Below, one piece after another: positions 27,906-32,000 of a stretch of 32,000 nucleotides of DNA; positions within the stretch are counted from its first letter, which is position 1; each line of letters opens with the position of its first letter. Under the pieces are notes generated by a model that was not told where the DNA came from, did no database searches, and saw only the letters and a list, made by a program, of their open reading frames with translations. The DNA comes from Aliivibrio fischeri ES114. GTDB lineage: Bacteria > Pseudomonadota > Gammaproteobacteria > Enterobacterales > Vibrionaceae. The position numbers and the translations under genes were made by a program. Location of the stretch: NCBI RefSeq assembly GCF_000011805.1, contig NC_006840.2. One strand, written 5' to 3'.

Positions 27906-27940
27906 ACAAAAAAGAGGTTGATACGTTCATATCAACCTCT
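27906..27940 (-). terminator. Rho-independent terminator of the leu operon
   Basis: On the minus strand: AGAGGTTGATA-tgaacg-TATCAACCTCT, an 11-bp perfect stem at 27940-27913, followed by TTTTTG. It lies 28 nt after the leuD stop. Confidence 0.85.
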
Positions 27941-27968
27941 AACATTTCCTGAATACGAAGCCTGAATC

Positions 27969-28571
27969 TTATTTTAAGAAACTCGGGATCTTCGCTTCAT
28001 ATTCCGAAATTTTATCGGCGTGTTGCAGTGTTAACCCGATATTATCTAAACCATTTAGCAGGCAATGGCGGCGAAATTCATCAATTTCAAAAGAATACTG
28101 TTTATTGTTAGCGGTCACTAACATTGCTTCTAAATCCACAGTAACCTCAGCACCTTCATTCGCTTCAACGAACTGAAAAATTTCATCCACTTCAGATTCG
28201 GTTAGGCGAACGGGCACCATTTGGTTGTTGATTGAGTTGCCATAAAAAATATCAGCAAAACTGGGTGCGATCATCACTTGGATGCCGTAGTCCGCTAGTG
28301 ACCAAGGTGCGTGTTCACGAGAAGAACCACAACCAAAGTTTTCACGAGCAAGTAGAACGGTAGCACCTTGATAGCGAGGTGCGTTCATAACAAATTCAGG
28401 ATTGGGTTGCTCACCAGCATCATCAAGAAAACGCCAATCGTGAAATAGGTGTTTACCAAAACCAATACGATTCACTTTTTGTAGAAACTGCTTTGGTATG
28501 ATGGCATCGGTATCAATGTTGGCCGTATCTAAAGGAACGACTAGACCTGTATGTTGCTTAAAACCTGACAT
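27969..28571 (-). CDS. leuD: 3-isopropylmalate dehydratase small subunit
   Basis: 200 aa. [24 protein letters not shown] and [14 protein letters not shown] are conserved LeuD blocks. Confidence 0.96.
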   Translation of the reverse strand: MSGFKQHTGLVVPLDTANIDTDAIIPKQFLQKVNRIGFGKHLFHDWRFLDDAGEQPNPEFVMNAPRYQGATVLLARENFGCGSSREHAPWSLADYGIQVMIAPSFADIFYGNSINNQMVPVRLTESEVDEIFQFVEANEGAEVTVDLEAMLVTANNKQYSFEIDEFRRHCLLNGLDNIGLTLQHADKISEYEAKIPSFLK

Positions 28572-28583
28572 AGTAAATTCCTT

Positions 28584-29999
28584 TTATGCTTGTTCTGTAA
28601 TGGTGCGGATATCAACAAAGTGACCTGCAATTGCAGCAGCGGCAGCCATCGCAGGGCTCACTAGGTGAGTTCGACCATCACGGCCTTGACGACCTTCAAA
28701 GTTACGGTTTGATGTAGATGCACAACGCTCATGTGGACCTAGGCGGTCGTTGTTCATTGCAAGACACATAGAGCAACCTGGCAGACGCCATTCAAAGCCT
28801 GCTTCTTTAAAGATCACATCTAGACCTTCTTTTTCCGCTTGTGCTTTTACTTGCTCAGAGCCTGGAACAATTAGAGCTTGTACATGAGAGGCAACTTTAC
28901 GTCCTTTAGCAATGGCTGCCGCAGCACGCATGTCTTCAATTCGCGAGTTAGTACAAGAGCCAACAAAAACTTTATCAACGTTGTAATCAGACAGAGATTT
29001 ACCCGCTTCAAGACCCATATACGCTAAGGCTTTTTCTGCAGACGCTTTTTCTACAGGGTCAGCAAAGCTTTCTGGTGCTGGGATTGGTGCATCTACTGCG
29101 ATTACTTGGCCTGGGTTGGTTCCCCAAGTTACTTGCGGTTTAATTTCAGAGGCATCAAGCGTAACGACTGCATCAAACTCAGCATCATCATCCGTTTTCA
29201 ATGATGACCAGTATTCGATAGCGGCGTCTAAATCTGCATCTTGTGGTGAGAACTTACGACCCGCAATGTAATCAAATGTGGTTTGGTCTGGTGCGATTAG
29301 ACCCGCTTTAGCACCTAGCTCAATAGCCATGTTACACACTGTCATACGACCTTCCATAGTAAGGTCAGTAATTGCTTCGCCACAGAACTCAACTACGTAG
29401 CCCGTACCACCAGCAGCCGTTGTTTTACCAATGATTGCTAGCACGATATCTTTTGCCGTGATGCCTTCAGCGACTTTACCTTTAACATCGATTTTCATGG
29501 TTTTCGCACGAGCTTGTTTTAGCGTTTGTGTTGCTAGTACGTGCTCAACTTCTGAAGTACCGATACCGAATGCTAGTGAACCAAATGCACCGTGAGTTGC
29601 GGTGTGTGAGTCACCACAAACAATCGTCATACCTGGTAAAGTAATACCAAGTTCTGGTCCCATTACGTGCACAATACCTTGGTATTTATGATTTAGATCG
29701 TAAAGGGTAACACCAAATTCTTCACAGTTTTTAGACAGCGTTTCCATTTGGATTCGAGCCATTTCACCAGAGGCATTAATGTCTTTGGTTTGTGTTGAAA
29801 CGTTGTGATCCATCGTTGCAAAGGTTTTGCCTACTTGACGAACTTTACGTCCTTTTTCACGTAGACCATCGAACGCTTGTGGTGACGTTACTTCGTGAAC
29901 CAGATGGCGGTCGATGTATAAAATAGGGTTTTCGCCTTCAGCTGCAACGGCAACATGGGCATCGTAAATTTTTTCGTATAATGTTTTTGCGTTAGACAT
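28584..29999 (-). CDS. leuC: 3-isopropylmalate dehydratase large subunit
   Basis: 471 aa. [11 protein letters not shown], the aconitase-family Fe-S ligand regions VCGDSHT, GSCTNSR and GCSMCLAMN. Confidence 0.97.
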   Translation of the reverse strand: MSNAKTLYEKIYDAHVAVAAEGENPILYIDRHLVHEVTSPQAFDGLREKGRKVRQVGKTFATMDHNVSTQTKDINASGEMARIQMETLSKNCEEFGVTLYDLNHKYQGIVHVMGPELGITLPGMTIVCGDSHTATHGAFGSLAFGIGTSEVEHVLATQTLKQARAKTMKIDVKGKVAEGITAKDIVLAIIGKTTAAGGTGYVVEFCGEAITDLTMEGRMTVCNMAIELGAKAGLIAPDQTTFDYIAGRKFSPQDADLDAAIEYWSSLKTDDDAEFDAVVTLDASEIKPQVTWGTNPGQVIAVDAPIPAPESFADPVEKASAEKALAYMGLEAGKSLSDYNVDKVFVGSCTNSRIEDMRAAAAIAKGRKVASHVQALIVPGSEQVKAQAEKEGLDVIFKEAGFEWRLPGCSMCLAMNNDRLGPHERCASTSNRNFEGRQGRDGRTHLVSPAMAAAAAIAGHFVDIRTITEQA

Positions 30000-30014
30000 T
30001 GCTTCTTCCTTGAA

Positions 30015-31115
<1,101 letters not shown>

Positions 31116-31143
31116 TTAATCTTCAATATAATTTGGCAAATTA

Positions 31144-31169
31144 AAGCGGAGAAAGGTTTATCTCCGCTT
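31144..31169 (-). other. Stem-loop in the leuA-leuB spacer
   Basis: AAGCGGAGA (31144-31152) pairs with TCTCCGCTT (31161-31169), a 9-bp perfect stem with an 8-nt loop. On the minus strand it is followed by TAATTTG. Confidence 0.5.
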
Positions 31170-31187
31170 ATTTATAATTTTTAGGTT

Positions 31188-32000
31188 CTAAACGGTTTCT
31201 ACTTTTTTCTGTTTAATTTCAGCAATTTGATCAGCACGGTGAATACTATTGATTACGTGAAGTAGTGCTTGTCCTGATGCTTCGATAATATCTGTCGCTA
31301 AACCGGTACCGTGATATTTACGACCTTTGTAATTGGCAATAATATCTGCTTGACCTAAGCCATCTTCACCTTCGCCTTTAGCAGTTAAATCAAACTTATC
31401 TAGCACGATGTCGTAGCCTGTTAGTTTGTAGATACATTGATAAAGTGCGTCTACAGGACCATTACCGACAGCGGCTTCGCATTTCTCCTCGTCACCACAA
31501 AGTAATTTGATACTCGTGGTTGCCATGACGCTGCCTGATTGCACACTTAGATAGTTCAACTTATAGAAGTCATCTTCATCGCGCAGGTTAGCAAAATGCA
31601 TTAGTGCTTCTAAATCGTAATCAAATACTTGTCCTTTACGATCTGCCAGCTTTACGAAATCAGCATAAAGGGTGTCTAGGTTGTATTCGTCTTCTTTATA
31701 ACCCATTTCATCCATATGACTTTTTACCGCAGCACGACCTGAACGACTGGTTAGGTTTAGTGCTTGGTTTTTAAGGCCAATCGACTCTGGTGTCATGATT
31801 TCGTAAGTGTTTTTATTCTTTAGCATGCCATCTTGGTGAATACCTGATGAATGGCTAAAAGCGTTTGCGCCTACGATAGCCTTATTACTTTGAATTGGCA
31901 TATTACAAAGCTGACTCACTAGTTTACTGGTGCGGTGAATCTCATCGTGTTTAAGGTTGGTGTGTACACCTAGATATTCAGAACGTGTTTTTAGGATCAT
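31188..32000 (-). CDS. leuA: 2-isopropylmalate synthase, C-terminal ~270 codons (5' end lies outside the window)
   Basis: [61 protein letters not shown] parallels the E. coli LeuA internal region. The apparent Met at the window edge is an internal residue. The C-terminal LeuA regulatory domain is present. Confidence 0.95.

Overview
This is a visibly AT-rich gammaproteobacterial core-chromosome window. Protein sequences and gene order look Vibrionaceae-like (Aliivibrio/Vibrio type), judged by eye with no database search. Almost the whole window is tightly packed housekeeping genes with strong recognisable homology. Left to right: ubiX 3' end; a TPP riboswitch followed by thiB-thiP-thiQ; rapA-rluA; on the minus strand a TAXI-type TRAP transporter (binding protein, fused permease) plus a UspA-family gene; the divergent pair argR / mdh; ispB; rplU-rpmA; obgE; a split ThrE-family exporter pair (yjjP/yjjB-like) followed directly by folA; on the minus strand apaH, rsmA, pdxA, surA, lptD; djlA; a secreted DUF547 protein; and on the minus strand leuD-leuC-leuB and the 3' part of leuA. 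I found no rRNA or tRNA genes, CRISPR array, transposase, integrase, prophage, toxin-antitoxin pair or recognisable defence genes. I do not see convincing evidence of a novel multi-gene system here. The points worth a second look are local: (1) a one-base frameshift in an AAA run that cuts off the conserved C-terminus of rapA; (2) a ~250-bp nested-palindrome, repeat-like element filling the folA/apaH convergent gap; (3) absence of apaG from the otherwise conserved surA-pdxA-rsmA-(apaG)-apaH cluster, with a canonical terminator hairpin in its place; (4) the TAXI-TRAP/USP module, with a 293-nt intra-operon spacer and an uncharacterised C-terminal extension on the permease; (5) a 56-nt imperfect palindrome between the rpmA terminator and obgE; and (6) several hairpins between genes of the same operon. 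All homology statements come from my recall of family motifs and E. coli sequences, not from searches.
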